A DNA stretch of 64,000 bases from Candidatus Omnitrophota bacterium (GCA_023247725.1 JAHFFW010000006.1:11210-75209); one strand, 5' to 3'; shown: positions 45,101-55,604, counted from the stretch's first letter. Translations and numbers: made by a program. The notes: generated from the letters alone by a model not told the origin.

Positions 45101-46330
45101 TTATTTCTTTTGCAGCTCATCCATCAGGATGATCGACTCAGCGATCTCTTTCATCGATCGGCAGGAATCCATACTTTTTTTATGAATCAATCGATAAGCG
45201 GATTCCTCCGAAAGACCATTTAAACGCATGAGGATCCCCTTGGCGCGCTCGATGAGCTTGCGGGTCGATAGCGCCTCGCGCGCCTTTAAGGCCTCTTCCA
45301 TGAGCTTGGTATTCTCGACCGCAACGGCCGCCTGGTTGGCGATCATCCGCAAAGCGGCAATCTCATCCTGACTGAAGTGATGCGGAGTTTTGGTGTAAAC
45401 ATTGATGATACCGATGGCTTTTTCTTTCACAATCATGGGGACCGAAAGCATGGAGGTCAATTCTTCCTTGACCGCGAGGTCGCGGTACATATAGCGGACT
45501 TCCTGCCGCACATCAAAAACGGTTAAAGGGATTTTGCTGCGAATGACTTCCCCACTTAAGGAATTATTGACCCGGACATTCGGCTTGCGCTTGTATTCTT
45601 CGCTCAGGCTCTGCGTTGCCTTGATCGCGAGCTCCTCGGCTTTTTCATCAAGGAGCATGATCGAGCAGATTTTGGAGTTGAGCATCTCCGCCGTCACAAC
45701 AACGATTAAATTGAGAATCTCGTCGAGATAGCGTTCGGAGGTGATCGTGTGGCTCACCTTGACCAAACTATCGAGCTGAGTGGCCTTCTTTTTGGTTTCG
45801 GCAAACAACCGCGCGTTTTCGATGACGCCGCCGACCTGTTTGGCGATGGTGTGGATGAGATTCACCATATTCGCCGGGTAGGCATGCGGTTTGCGGTGTT
45901 GAACATTGATGACTCCGATCGCCTTGCCTTGATAAATGATGGGGACAGACAAAAAAGCCTCGTAGCGATCCTCTGGCAGGACATCAAAATTCTTGAACCG
46001 CGGATCTTGATAAGCATTCTTCTTGATGGCAACCGGCTTATTCTCCTTGGCAACCCAACCGGTAATTCCCTCGCCGACCTTGAGAATCACCCGGCCGACT
46101 TCCTTTTTGTGCGGGGTTTTGGAAGCGGACAACACCAAGTTGGTCTTTTTGTCGTCGAAGAGATAGATAAAGACGGAATCGGCTTGAGTCGCGTCATTGA
46201 CAATCTTTACCACTTCCTGGAGAATCCAAGGAAGATCGAGCTCGGAGCTTGTAATATCAACGATCTTGCGCAAAATTTTAATTTCCTGTCTAGAAACATT
46301 TCCGCTTTTATTGCTCGTTGCCATGTCCAT
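45101..46330 (-). CDS. GAF-GAF-ANTAR RNA-binding antitermination regulator (NasT/NasR-like)
   Basis: Two GAF domains, then C-terminal ANTAR (LIERAKGILMRLNGLSEESAYRLIHKKSMDSCRSMKEIAESII). ATG at 46330 (MDMATS) with AAGGGG SD. The ORF-track extension would overlap the upstream gene. Confidence 0.8.
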   Translation of the reverse strand: MDMATSNKSGNVSRQEIKILRKIVDITSSELDLPWILQEVVKIVNDATQADSVFIYLFDDKKTNLVLSASKTPHKKEVGRVILKVGEGITGWVAKENKPVAIKKNAYQDPRFKNFDVLPEDRYEAFLSVPIIYQGKAIGVINVQHRKPHAYPANMVNLIHTIAKQVGGVIENARLFAETKKKATQLDSLVKVSHTITSERYLDEILNLIVVVTAEMLNSKICSIMLLDEKAEELAIKATQSLSEEYKRKPNVRVNNSLSGEVIRSKIPLTVFDVRQEVRYMYRDLAVKEELTSMLSVPMIVKEKAIGIINVYTKTPHHFSQDEIAALRMIANQAAVAVENTKLMEEALKAREALSTRKLIERAKGILMRLNGLSEESAYRLIHKKSMDSCRSMKEIAESIILMDELQKK

Positions 46331-46332
46331 CG

Positions 46333-46788
46333 TTACCCCTTGATCTTGGGAAGGCCAAACCACAATTGCCATTGAATCAGCACAAATAAAACCAAAAAGG
46401 TCAACGCCAGCATGAAACCAAAAAAAAACATCTGGGCCGCGAACCAGCTTGAGAAGCGCACAAACCACATGGACCCGATATCAGAGATAATGAAGACCGG
46501 AACCAAAACGGCCACCAGGCGCTTCATTTTTTCTGTGTAGCCGCTCAGCAAAAAGATGCCGAGCGTCATTCCCCAGACCCCAATCATCCAAAATAAATAC
46601 TTAAACGTATGCTCAGCCAATTCCGCGGTTTCGAAGGAGCCATACCCTTGCGCAATCAAGGCAACCTGCATCCTGGTATCCAACCAGATTTCCAACAAAA
46701 GCAAGAGATAATTGAGTCCCACCAAACACAGCCAAAAACTGACGAACCATCGGGCGCTGTGAGGCCATTGGCGGATATCGGTGAACAT
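46333..46788 (-). CDS. Polytopic membrane protein (4 TM) translationally coupled to the ANTAR regulator
   Basis: Strongly hydrophobic helices. Its stop lies 2 nt before the regulator's ATG. Start at ATG 46788 or TTG 46812. Confidence 0.5.
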   Translation of the reverse strand: MFTDIRQWPHSARWFVSFWLCLVGLNYLLLLLEIWLDTRMQVALIAQGYGSFETAELAEHTFKYLFWMIGVWGMTLGIFLLSGYTEKMKRLVAVLVPVFIISDIGSMWFVRFSSWFAAQMFFFGFMLALTFLVLFVLIQWQLWFGLPKIKG

Positions 46789-46853
46789 AAAAAAACGCTT
46801 TTTGCTCGACAATGAAAATTGCTAATTCCACGGCGCTGGTTTATACTAAATCC

Positions 46854-47024
46854 ATGACGTACGTCATCGCGATTTTAGTTTTGGCCGTTTGCTTTGGACT
46901 CCTGTGCGCAGGTCTCCTGTTTGCCCGCCGCGCCCTGCGTAAAGGCTGCTCTTTGGGTCCAGACTGTCATTGTAAAACCGAATCGACCAGGCCCACGCCC
47001 GATGAAGAGTGTGAGCACCATTGA
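46854..47024 (+). CDS. Small single-TM Cys-rich protein resembling the Na+-NQR maturation factor NqrM (DUF539)
   Basis: TM helix, then RRALRKGCSLGPDCHCK...EEC (four Cys after the helix). Convergent to nqrF. No SD. Confidence 0.4.
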   Translation: MTYVIAILVLAVCFGLLCAGLLFARRALRKGCSLGPDCHCKTESTRPTPDEECEHH

Positions 47025-47065
47025 CCTTAAAATTTCCCTCGTCGAAGTTCGCCTCTTCCTAATAA

Positions 47066-47108
47066 TCAATTCACCCTTTTTGGGGGGTGAATTGATTATT
47101 CCGTCATT
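47066..47108. repeat. 16-bp perfect-stem hairpin AATAATCAATTCACCC-N8-GGGTGAATTGATTATT between nqrF and the NqrM-like ORF (possible bidirectional terminator)
   Basis: Read directly. Confidence 0.5.
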
Positions 47109-47120
47109 AATGATCACCGT

Positions 47121-48350
47121 TTAACCAAACGAATCAAACGCGATCATGTCTTTAGGAACGCCCAAATGATCCAGCATTTTTTGAACCGCCTCGATCATCA
47201 TGGGCGGTCCGCATAGATAATATTCGCCCTCTTCCGGCTCGGGATGATTCTTTAAATAATTCTCATAAATCGCCTGATGGATAAATCCGGTCATCCCTTT
47301 CCAATTGTCCTCGGGCAAGGCGGCCGAGAGCGCCACATTATATTTGAAATTGGAATATCTGCTTTCGATGTCGTGAAAATCCTCGGTATAAAACATCTCT
47401 CTTTTGGAACGCGCGCCGTACCAGTAACTGACCTTCCGCTTGGTTTTCAGGGTGTGAAAAAGATGAAATAAATGCGCACGCATCGGCGCCATTCCCGCAC
47501 CGCCGCCGATATAAATCATTTCCCGATTTGTATCTTTAATAAAAAATTCGCCATACGGTCCGCTGAGGGTAGCTTCGTCACCGGGCTTGAGGCCAAAAAT
47601 ATACGAAGAGGCCTTTCCCGGCGGCAGGGTCATGTCCTTGGGGGGTGGCGTGGCGATCCGGACATTTAACATCGCAATGCCTTTTTCCGCCGGGGCATTC
47701 GCCATGGAATAGGCCCGGAACATCGGCTCATCATTCTTGCAGCGGAGGTCCCACAATTTGTATTTATCCCAATCCGGATGATATTCCTTTTCAATGACAA
47801 AATCCTTAAAGTGGACCTCAAAAGTCGGGATATCAATCTGGATGTAACCACCAGCCTTAAAATCTAAATGCTGGTCCTTGGGCAATTCCAAAATCAATTC
47901 TTTAATAAAGGTCGCGACGTTGCGGTTGGAACGAACCTTGCCGTGAAATTTTTGAATATGAAAAACCTCATCGGGGATCTTGATTTTGAGGTCATTGCGG
48001 ACTTTCACCTGACAAGCCAGACGATAATGCTCCTTTTGCTGCCGGCGCGTCAATTGGCCAGTTTCCGTCGGAAGAATATTCCCCCCTCCTTCCAAAATCT
48101 GGCACTTGCACATCGCGCAAGTTCCCCCGCCGCCGCACGCGGAAGGCAAAAAAATCTTTTGATTGGCTAAGGTGAAAAGAAGGTTCGTTCCGGCCGAGAC
48201 GACCAGCGGGGTGGGATCCTCATTGACAAAAATCTTGCAATCGCCGGACTTAACGACCTTGGCTTTCACAAAGGAGAGGATAACGACCAGCAACAAAATA
48301 ACGGCAGTAAAAACGAGGGTACTAACAAAAACGTAGAAAACCAATGCCAT
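47121..48350 (-). CDS. nqrF: Na+-translocating NADH:quinone oxidoreductase subunit F
   Basis: N-terminal TM, 2Fe-2S ferredoxin [19 protein letters not shown] domain. Confidence 0.9.
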   Translation of the reverse strand: MALVFYVFVSTLVFTAVILLLVVILSFVKAKVVKSGDCKIFVNEDPTPLVVSAGTNLLFTLANQKIFLPSACGGGGTCAMCKCQILEGGGNILPTETGQLTRRQQKEHYRLACQVKVRNDLKIKIPDEVFHIQKFHGKVRSNRNVATFIKELILELPKDQHLDFKAGGYIQIDIPTFEVHFKDFVIEKEYHPDWDKYKLWDLRCKNDEPMFRAYSMANAPAEKGIAMLNVRIATPPPKDMTLPPGKASSYIFGLKPGDEATLSGPYGEFFIKDTNREMIYIGGGAGMAPMRAHLFHLFHTLKTKRKVSYWYGARSKREMFYTEDFHDIESRYSNFKYNVALSAALPEDNWKGMTGFIHQAIYENYLKNHPEPEEGEYYLCGPPMMIEAVQKMLDHLGVPKDMIAFDSFG

Positions 48351-48372
48351 GGCTAACCCTGTATCTAAATTT

Positions 48373-48456
48373 ATTTAAACAAATTCCGGATACACGGATA
48401 ACCGGCCAGCCGGATTCCCGCTTTCCGGATGACCAAATCACCGAATATCCGTTACA
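48373..48456. repeat. GGTTATCCGG-family repeat copy (rearranged) between nqrE and nqrF
   Basis: Shares CGGATAACCGG and CCGGATTCCCGCTTTCCGGATG with the copies at 2239-2304 and 14622-14718. Confidence 0.5.
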
Positions 48457-49060
48457 GCCGGATCCCGGCAAAACACATGAATCCGACGGACATTAACCCT
48501 GTCAGAAGCATCGTGATCCCCAAGCCCTTGAGCGGTCCGGGAATATTGGAATAACCGAGTTTTTTGCGGATGGCTGACATGGAAATGATCGCCAGGGCCC
48601 ACCCGATTCCGGAACCGGTTCCGTAAACAAAGGATTCGGGGCCATTATAATTTCTTTGGTCCATAAAAAGCGCGCCGCCCAGGATGGCACAATTGACCGC
48701 AATCAACGGAAGAAAAATCCCCAAGGCGTTATACAACGCCGGCGAGAAGCGTTCGACGACCATCTCAGTAATTTGGGTCATGGCGGCAATGACAGCGATA
48801 AAACTGATAAAGATGAGAAAGCTCAGATCAATATTAGGCAATCCGGCCCAGGCCAGCGCCCCTTTCTTTAAAAGAAAATTCTTAATCGCCCAGCATGTCG
48901 GGGTGCAGATCGCCATGACAAAGACAACGGCACAGCCCAAGCCGATGGCGGTTTCCACCTTTTTGGAACAGGCCAGGAACGAACACATCCCCAGAAAAAA
49001 GGCGAGAAGAATATTTTCCACAAAAATGCTTTTGATCGCGAGATTGATATAATGTTCCAT
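48452..49060 (-). CDS. nqrE: Na+-NQR subunit E
   Basis: Full-length NqrE/RnfA-family similarity, 202 aa. Confidence 0.9.
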   Translation of the reverse strand: MEHYINLAIKSIFVENILLAFFLGMCSFLACSKKVETAIGLGCAVVFVMAICTPTCWAIKNFLLKKGALAWAGLPNIDLSFLIFISFIAVIAAMTQITEMVVERFSPALYNALGIFLPLIAVNCAILGGALFMDQRNYNGPESFVYGTGSGIGWALAIISMSAIRKKLGYSNIPGPLKGLGITMLLTGLMSVGFMCFAGIRL

Positions 49061-49696
49061 TTATTGACCCTCCACATAACGGCTGAGGGATCGCTGGATC
49101 CAAATGATGCATCCCAAAAGAAAAAATGCCCCCGGGGCCAAGACCAGCATGCCGTTGTTGACATATCCGGCCGCGTAAAACGCCTTCGGCACGACGGAAA
49201 ATCCCAATAAGGTGCCGCTGCCAAAAATTTCCCGGATCGTTCCCAGAATGATCAAAACGCTGCTGTATCCTAAACCATTGCCAAGACCATCGAGAAAAGA
49301 TTTCCACGGCGGGTTGCCCATGGCAAAGGCCTCGAGTCGCCCCATGACAATGCAATTGGTGATGATCAGGCCCACGAATACGCTCAATTGCTTGCTGACA
49401 TCGTACATATATGATTTTAAAATTTGATCGATCGTAATGACCAGCGCGGACACGACCGTCAATTGCACAATAATGCGGATCTGCGGCGGAATGAAATTCC
49501 GAATGCAGGAAATGACGACATTCGACATCGCGGTCACAAACGTCAGACCAAAGGCCATAATCATCGCCGTTTTCAATTGAGTGGTCACGGCCAATGAGGA
49601 ACAGATGCCCAGGATCTGAAAGGTCACGGGATTCGCATCCCACAGGCCGTCCTTGATAATCTTTTTATTTTTTTGGGAAAGCAGTGCTTCTGGCAT
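49061..49696 (-). CDS. nqrD: Na+-NQR subunit D
   Basis: Full-length NqrD/RnfE-family similarity, 211 aa. Confidence 0.9.
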   Translation of the reverse strand: MPEALLSQKNKKIIKDGLWDANPVTFQILGICSSLAVTTQLKTAMIMAFGLTFVTAMSNVVISCIRNFIPPQIRIIVQLTVVSALVITIDQILKSYMYDVSKQLSVFVGLIITNCIVMGRLEAFAMGNPPWKSFLDGLGNGLGYSSVLIILGTIREIFGSGTLLGFSVVPKAFYAAGYVNNGMLVLAPGAFFLLGCIIWIQRSLSRYVEGQ

Positions 49697-49773
49697 GGAA
49701 CTCCTCCTTATATTTTTAAGCTACAAAATATTATATCATTCTTTCCGTCGGTAATAATCATTCAATCTTTCCT

Positions 49774-50499
49774 TCACGAAATTTTTCTCACTTTGCTGAA
49801 ATAAGGTTCATACAATCGCAAGGTTCGATCCAGCATTTCGGTCACACCGTTGCCGGTGATCGTGGCCGCGGTGATTCCATCGACCGCATGATTTAAGGCT
49901 TCTCCCTGCGCGTGGTTGGCGGCCTTGCCCTTGACCACGATGATCGGAGTGAGCGCTTTTTTCTCAAGGGAGTAAATCGTCTTCCCCTTAAAATTATTCT
50001 GAAACCATTCCTTTTCAATTTCAGCGCCAAGCCCTGGGGTTTCGCCGTGTTTATAAAAGGTGATGCCTCGGACCTTAACCGCATCGCCTTCTAACGCCAG
50101 ATAGCCGTACAGCGTGGACCAAAGGCCTTGTCCCACGATGGGAAAGGCGTAGGAAACCACCTCTTCGTCTTCCCTATATATATAGAGGGGAAAGAGGCCC
50201 TCTTTTCCCTTAATGTCCTTGGGCTTGATGCCTTCGACAACATTGCCGTCTTTATCAATCACGACTTCCTCAATCTTATTTTCATAAACCTTAAGAACGT
50301 CGGGTCCTTTGGCTTGGGCTGGAATCGGTTCTTTCAAAACGACGGCCTTGAGGATATTCTTTTTGATATCCAAATCAAAATTCAATTCCTGTTTCTCCCG
50401 GAACCCTTCCGAGACCGCTGATAACAGCACTCCGCACACAATGCACACGACCGCGGCAAAACCAAACACATAGCCTGTGGAATTGATATTGAACTTCAT
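49774..50499 (-). CDS. nqrC: Na+-NQR subunit C (FMN-binding)
   Basis: N-terminal TM and FMN-binding domain with the conserved Thr context (VDGITAATITG). Confidence 0.85.
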   Translation of the reverse strand: MKFNINSTGYVFGFAAVVCIVCGVLLSAVSEGFREKQELNFDLDIKKNILKAVVLKEPIPAQAKGPDVLKVYENKIEEVVIDKDGNVVEGIKPKDIKGKEGLFPLYIYREDEEVVSYAFPIVGQGLWSTLYGYLALEGDAVKVRGITFYKHGETPGLGAEIEKEWFQNNFKGKTIYSLEKKALTPIIVVKGKAANHAQGEALNHAVDGITAATITGNGVTEMLDRTLRLYEPYFSKVRKIS

Positions 50500-51749
50500 G
50501 ATTTCGAATTGGCCTTGATGGGCACGGCGCCCGCCGGCGTCAACTTTTTATTGCGTTGTTTGATATGGGCCTGCAAAACAAAATAATCAATAAGCGGCGC
50601 AAAAATATTCATCAGCAAAATCGCAAGCATAACCCCTTCGGGATAGGCGGGATTAATATCCCGGATCAAAACCGTCAAGACCCCGATCAAGATGCCATAA
50701 ATCCAGCGTCCGACGTTCGTGGCGCTGCCGGAGACTGGATCGGTCGCCATAAAGACGGCCCCAAAAGCAAATCCACCCAAAGCGATGTGCCAGTGCGGCG
50801 GCAAGGCGTAAATCCCAAATGTATTTGGTCCCCGCAAAAGATAAAAAACCGTGCTCATGCCCAGGAGTCCGAGGAAGCAACCGGCGACAATCCGCCAACT
50901 CGCCACGCGTGTGATTAACAAAAACGCCAATCCCATGAGACAAGCCCATACCGAGGTTTCGCCAATCGAACCGGGAATAAATCCATTAAAAAGATTGGCC
51001 ACGTGGTAACCTTGATTGGCCAGGGCTGCAATTGGATCCCCGCCACGGCCGACCTCCTTGAGAACCGCCAAGGGAGTTGCGCGGGTAAAACCGTCGACCG
51101 CGACCCAGACCACGGAACCTGACATGCTGGCCGGATAAGCAAAAAACACAAACGCGCGAGCCACCAATGCCGGATTGAAAATGTTCATCCCGGTCCCGCC
51201 GAAGATTTCTTTTCCAAAGACCACGCCGAAGGAAATCCCGACGGCGACCTGCCACAATGGAATCGTCGGTGGCAATGTTAAGGCATAAAGAATTCCGGTG
51301 ACCAGAAATCCCTCATTGATTTCATGACGGCGGCTGACCGCGAAAATGACTTCCCAAAATCCACCGGCCACATAGGAAACCAGAATGATCGGTAAGACTT
51401 TTTCCAGCCCCAGCCACCAGATCTGCGCATTATGGATGGCTTGCCCTTTGGCCAAAAGAATCTGGTAGCCGGTGTTATAAATTCCCATAAGGATGGCCGG
51501 AATAAGGGCAATGACCACTAACATCATGACCCGCTTCAAATCCACCGCGTCGCGGACATGCGGTCCTTTTTTGGTGACCTTGCCGGTCGTGAGCAAAAAG
51601 GAATCCAGGGCCTCATAAACCGGATAAAATTTGGCCAAGGGTTTGCCCGTTTCGAATAAAGGGGATAGTTTGTGTAATGATTTTTCGAGTAAATTCATAA
51701 TTCGCTTTGTCGCCGGGTCATAAAAGTCACCATTAATTCGATCAGTCAA
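50496..51749 (-). CDS. nqrB: Na+-NQR subunit B
   Basis: Full-length NqrB/RnfD similarity. TTG start as in the ORF track. Confidence 0.9.
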   Translation of the reverse strand: MTDRINGDFYDPATKRIMNLLEKSLHKLSPLFETGKPLAKFYPVYEALDSFLLTTGKVTKKGPHVRDAVDLKRVMMLVVIALIPAILMGIYNTGYQILLAKGQAIHNAQIWWLGLEKVLPIILVSYVAGGFWEVIFAVSRRHEINEGFLVTGILYALTLPPTIPLWQVAVGISFGVVFGKEIFGGTGMNIFNPALVARAFVFFAYPASMSGSVVWVAVDGFTRATPLAVLKEVGRGGDPIAALANQGYHVANLFNGFIPGSIGETSVWACLMGLAFLLITRVASWRIVAGCFLGLLGMSTVFYLLRGPNTFGIYALPPHWHIALGGFAFGAVFMATDPVSGSATNVGRWIYGILIGVLTVLIRDINPAYPEGVMLAILLMNIFAPLIDYFVLQAHIKQRNKKLTPAGAVPIKANSKS

Positions 51750-51792
51750 AATACTTGTGACTGGCAGGCATGTGACTGGTCACGGGTCACTT

Positions 51793-53142
51793 TTATCCCT
51801 CTCTTTCAATCTCATCCAACCCCTGCCGGATGATTCCCCCGATATCTAATTTCGAAGGGTCAGCAAACGAGCACAACGCAAAATCCTCTTCATCACACTC
51901 TAAAATTCCTAATTTCTCCGCTTCCTCAATATCCCCGGAATAAATTGCCCGAATCAAAAAAAATGTCAGGATATCCAGAGCAACATATCGATCATAGCTG
52001 TCATTGAGCACGATGGCCCTTTCGCTGCCTTTGGCATCGGTATCCAAGGAAATTTCTTTTTCCGGAAAAAAAGAAGACAAAAATGTTTTGGAAAAACTAT
52101 AAGCCTTCCATCCGGGCGTCAGCCAACCCAGAAAATGCCGTTCTCCCCCTTCGGGGATGACGGTGATTTGAGAATCATAAAATCCCAGAAAACCATTCTG
52201 GCCAGCATTGGTTCCATTGAAGACACTTCCGGAAATGTATCGCATGTCGCCTTTGAGCTTTCCGCCCATCACATCATGGATCGAGGAACCAACCAGGGTC
52301 TTGACGTAAACCCGGTTGTCGGCCCCTTCACCGGTCAAGGCCACCACGCGTTCGCCACTATAAGATCCATTTAGAAATAAAGCTGCACCCCGCAAAACAT
52401 CCGGAGCCGAAATGTACCAAACGATATCGCCTTTTTTGATCGGATCAATAAAGTGAATGTGCGTACTGACATTTCCCGTCGGATGAGGTCCGGCAAAACG
52501 GTGAATCCGAACGTTCTGAGATTGGGTTAAGGCCGGACTTGTTGCCTTGTCCGAAATACACAAATGCACCTCGCCATCGGTTAAACGGCGCAGGACTTCT
52601 AATCCGGCTTGGAATAATCCTTCCTGGCCTTGCAGCAGGAAATCGAAATCTGGTGCCAATGGCTCGCTATTCATTCCTTGAACAAAAATGGATTTGGGAT
52701 GATCGGAAGGATTAGCCAGCCTGGAAAACGGCCGCTGGCGAATGGCCGGCCACATCCCGCCGTCTAACAGCTGTTGAATGGCGTCGTGGCGGGCCATTTT
52801 TTTGATCTCCTCAACGGAAAATTTATGCAAACCCAGGGTTTCCTGCCGGCGGTCTGACTCGATGATGATTTGAAGGAGGACTCTTTTTTCTCCTCGGACA
52901 ATGGCGATGACCTTGCCGCTAACTGGAGAAACGATTTTGATTGTGGGATTATTTTTATCGGACAAAATCGGCGACCCAACCTTAATCACATCATTTTCTT
53001 GGACGTCCAGCTTGGGTTTTAATCCGCGAAAATCGGCGAGACGAATGGCAATCCTTGCGGCAGACGCAAGTGAGATGATTTGTTTTAAAGCGGCGCCTTT
53101 AAGCTTAAGATCGCGCCCCTTTTGTAGAATGATTGTTTCCAT
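51793..53142 (-). CDS. nqrA: Na+-NQR subunit A
   Basis: Full-length NqrA similarity, 449 aa. Confidence 0.9.
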   Translation of the reverse strand: METIILQKGRDLKLKGAALKQIISLASAARIAIRLADFRGLKPKLDVQENDVIKVGSPILSDKNNPTIKIVSPVSGKVIAIVRGEKRVLLQIIIESDRRQETLGLHKFSVEEIKKMARHDAIQQLLDGGMWPAIRQRPFSRLANPSDHPKSIFVQGMNSEPLAPDFDFLLQGQEGLFQAGLEVLRRLTDGEVHLCISDKATSPALTQSQNVRIHRFAGPHPTGNVSTHIHFIDPIKKGDIVWYISAPDVLRGAALFLNGSYSGERVVALTGEGADNRVYVKTLVGSSIHDVMGGKLKGDMRYISGSVFNGTNAGQNGFLGFYDSQITVIPEGGERHFLGWLTPGWKAYSFSKTFLSSFFPEKEISLDTDAKGSERAIVLNDSYDRYVALDILTFFLIRAIYSGDIEEAEKLGILECDEEDFALCSFADPSKLDIGGIIRQGLDEIEREG

Positions 53143-53263
53143 ATCAAATGAGGGGAAAAAAGGCCTGGGGTGGTAATGAAGCGCATATTAACATAGCGCC
53201 ATTTTCAAAGCAATATGATTTTGGGTTCTCTAAGTGTAGACCGGCTCGAACATCAGATAAAGG

Positions 53264-54460
53264 TTACCGATGGGATGGAATTCTTTGAATGATGACGCTC
53301 ACCGCTCCGCCCCCTCCCAGACAAACACAGGCTAGTCCTAAATCTTTTTTTAGATCCACCAGGGCATGAAGCAATGTGACGAGAATCCGCGCTCCGGCAG
53401 CACCCAAGGGATGACCCAAAGCGAGGTCACCGCCATAAATATTCATTTTATGACTGGGGATGTTCAATCTTTTTTGAGTGAAAATTGCCTGAGCGGCAAA
53501 AGCCTCGTCAATCTCAAAAAGATCGATGTCTTTCAACCTAAGCCCCGCCCTTTGCAAGCATTGTTTAATACAAGGAATGCTGGCGGTGAAAACCTTTTGC
53601 GGCTCCACACCCATGAGACTCCAGCTCACCACCCTCGCTAAGGGTTTAATTTTTAATTTTTTCACCAGTTCATCGCGGGCCAAGGCAACCAGAGCAGCGC
53701 CATCTCCTGGTGATGAAGAATTTCCGGCGGTGACAGTCCCCCCGCTCATAAAAGCTGCCGGAAGCTCGGTCAAACGTTTGCGGTTGATATGTTTTCGCAG
53801 GCGCTCATCGTAATTCAAAACCTGTCCGTGATCAATGCGCAAGGGGATGATTTCATTAAAAAATTTTTTCTTTCGTTGGGCTCGATAGGCCTTGCGGTGG
53901 CTTTGAAAAGCATAGGTATCCTGGAGCCGACGGGAAATTCCCGCCACATCAATGAGTTCTTCACATAATTCGCCCATATGCCGTTCGGACAATTGACAAT
54001 AAAGTCCGTCATACTGAAGACTGGGGATAATGCCTTTTTGATCATCTTTTTCTTGCTTGGGATGAAAGATCAAATCCGGGGTTAGGGATGCGCTCTCCAC
54101 ACCCCCGGCGAGCACAAATTGAGAATAACCCGACAACAGCGACTGGGCCCCCAGCACCACGGAGGTTAATCCGCCGGCACAAACATGGTTGACCGTATAG
54201 GCGGCGCTACGAGCAGGCAAACCGGCCTGGATCGCCGCTTGACGGGCCAAATTCTGTCCTTGGCCCGCGCCGACGGCATTCCCGAAAATAACCTCGTCGA
54301 CGATTTTACCTGATAGGCGGTTGCGGCGTAGAATTTGACGGATCAAAACGGCTCCTAAGAAGGCGCAGTCAAAATCTTTGAGGCTTTTATGCGCGCTGCC
54401 GATGGGCGTTCGCACCCCATCAATAATATAAACGAACTGGGCAGTGTTGAATTTCTCCAT
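53264..54460 (-). CDS. Acetyl-CoA C-acetyltransferase (thiolase)
   Basis: Thiolase signatures (active-site Cys NHVCAGG, C-terminal CLGGGGAVS). ATG at ~54460. Confidence 0.85.
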   Translation of the reverse strand: MEKFNTAQFVYIIDGVRTPIGSAHKSLKDFDCAFLGAVLIRQILRRNRLSGKIVDEVIFGNAVGAGQGQNLARQAAIQAGLPARSAAYTVNHVCAGGLTSVVLGAQSLLSGYSQFVLAGGVESASLTPDLIFHPKQEKDDQKGIIPSLQYDGLYCQLSERHMGELCEELIDVAGISRRLQDTYAFQSHRKAYRAQRKKKFFNEIIPLRIDHGQVLNYDERLRKHINRKRLTELPAAFMSGGTVTAGNSSSPGDGAALVALARDELVKKLKIKPLARVVSWSLMGVEPQKVFTASIPCIKQCLQRAGLRLKDIDLFEIDEAFAAQAIFTQKRLNIPSHKMNIYGGDLALGHPLGAAGARILVTLLHALVDLKKDLGLACVCLGGGGAVSVIIQRIPSHR

Positions 54461-54464
54461 CAAG

Positions 54465-55562
54465 TTAAAGCTTTTCCAAAATCATTTTGACGTCGATGTA
54501 TCTTTTGACCAGCCGGCCAGCTTCCTTAATCTTATCCTTATCGGTTTTTTCAATCTTGCAAATCAGGGATTCAACCTTACCGGCTACGGTATAAGTGTCA
54601 TCGGGGCTTAAAAGAACCGGAATCCGGCTGCGTTTCAACAAATCGATGATCTTTTCATCCGGGATCATTCCCCCCGTTAGAATGATTCCAGCAATGATCA
54701 ACCGCTTCCCGTGTCGGATCAAATGGGAGCTGATGGAAACCAAAATGTTGTCGATCCGATCTCCGGAGGTAATGACCAGCGCTCCATTACGCAAATACGT
54801 CATCATATTTTGGGGTTCCATGGCGGCGACGATCGTATTTTCCACATGCGCGCCGAGACTGTCTTTGCCGCAAAGGAGATCGAGATTCAACTGGTTCATA
54901 ACCTGTTTGACCGTTGGAGCACTGAGGATGGGATCGACCGGAAGCACACCCAAAAGTCGAATGCCCTTATGTTTTAGCCCTACGGCCAACGTTTTTTTGA
55001 TCTTATCGAATTTTTCCGGCCGGACTTTATTGATAATAACGCCCAAGACTTCCACCTTTTTGAGATCAAAAAGCGCCTTGTTGAGCATGATTTCATCGAT
55101 CGATCTCCCAATCCCGCCTTGCGCGATCATGATAACTTTCGATCCCAAAAGTCTGGCCACATCGGCATTGGAAAAATCAATGACCGACCCCACGCCCGCG
55201 TGACCGGTTCCCTCCACGATGATGGCGTCGCTGTTTTTGGTTAACCGGGCGAAGGATTTTTCGATCGCTTCTTGCAGAACACTTTTATCAGGATTGAAGA
55301 TGTATTTTTCCGTAAAACCACGTTCCAAGGTAATCGGACTCATCTCTTTATATCGACGCGAACAACGATAAACCTCGCCCATGAGATACGAATCCTTGTC
55401 CACATTTTGATTGCGAACCGTAATCACTTTTTGGCCGATTGGTTTCATGAATACGGTGCGCAAGCGGTGTTCTCGAAAAAATTTATAAAGACCCAAGGCC
55501 AAGGTTGTCTTTCCCGCATTTTGGTAAATGGAGGAAATGAAAATATTCTTCAATCTTTTCAT
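54465..55562 (-). CDS. Protein resembling the phosphotransacetylase N-terminal domain: P-loop (CobQ/MinD-like) + DRTGG domain
   Basis: Walker-A-like GKTT near the N-terminus. DRTGG-region similarity (ITSGDRIDN). 365 aa. 1-nt gap to the thiolase. Confidence 0.55.
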   Translation of the reverse strand: MKRLKNIFISSIYQNAGKTTLALGLYKFFREHRLRTVFMKPIGQKVITVRNQNVDKDSYLMGEVYRCSRRYKEMSPITLERGFTEKYIFNPDKSVLQEAIEKSFARLTKNSDAIIVEGTGHAGVGSVIDFSNADVARLLGSKVIMIAQGGIGRSIDEIMLNKALFDLKKVEVLGVIINKVRPEKFDKIKKTLAVGLKHKGIRLLGVLPVDPILSAPTVKQVMNQLNLDLLCGKDSLGAHVENTIVAAMEPQNMMTYLRNGALVITSGDRIDNILVSISSHLIRHGKRLIIAGIILTGGMIPDEKIIDLLKRSRIPVLLSPDDTYTVAGKVESLICKIEKTDKDKIKEAGRLVKRYIDVKMILEKL

Positions 55563-55604
55563 AAAATCAATTGTCGACTAGGAAATGAAAGATTACTAGA
55601 AAAA

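Noticed and set aside
45749-46375. Plus-strand 208-aa ORF
   Set aside because: Antisense to the GAF-ANTAR regulator gene.
48882-49643. Minus-strand 253-aa ORF in an alternative frame across nqrD/nqrE
   Set aside because: The nqrD and nqrE frames show full-length family identity. The alternative frame is a Gly/Arg/His-rich shadow.
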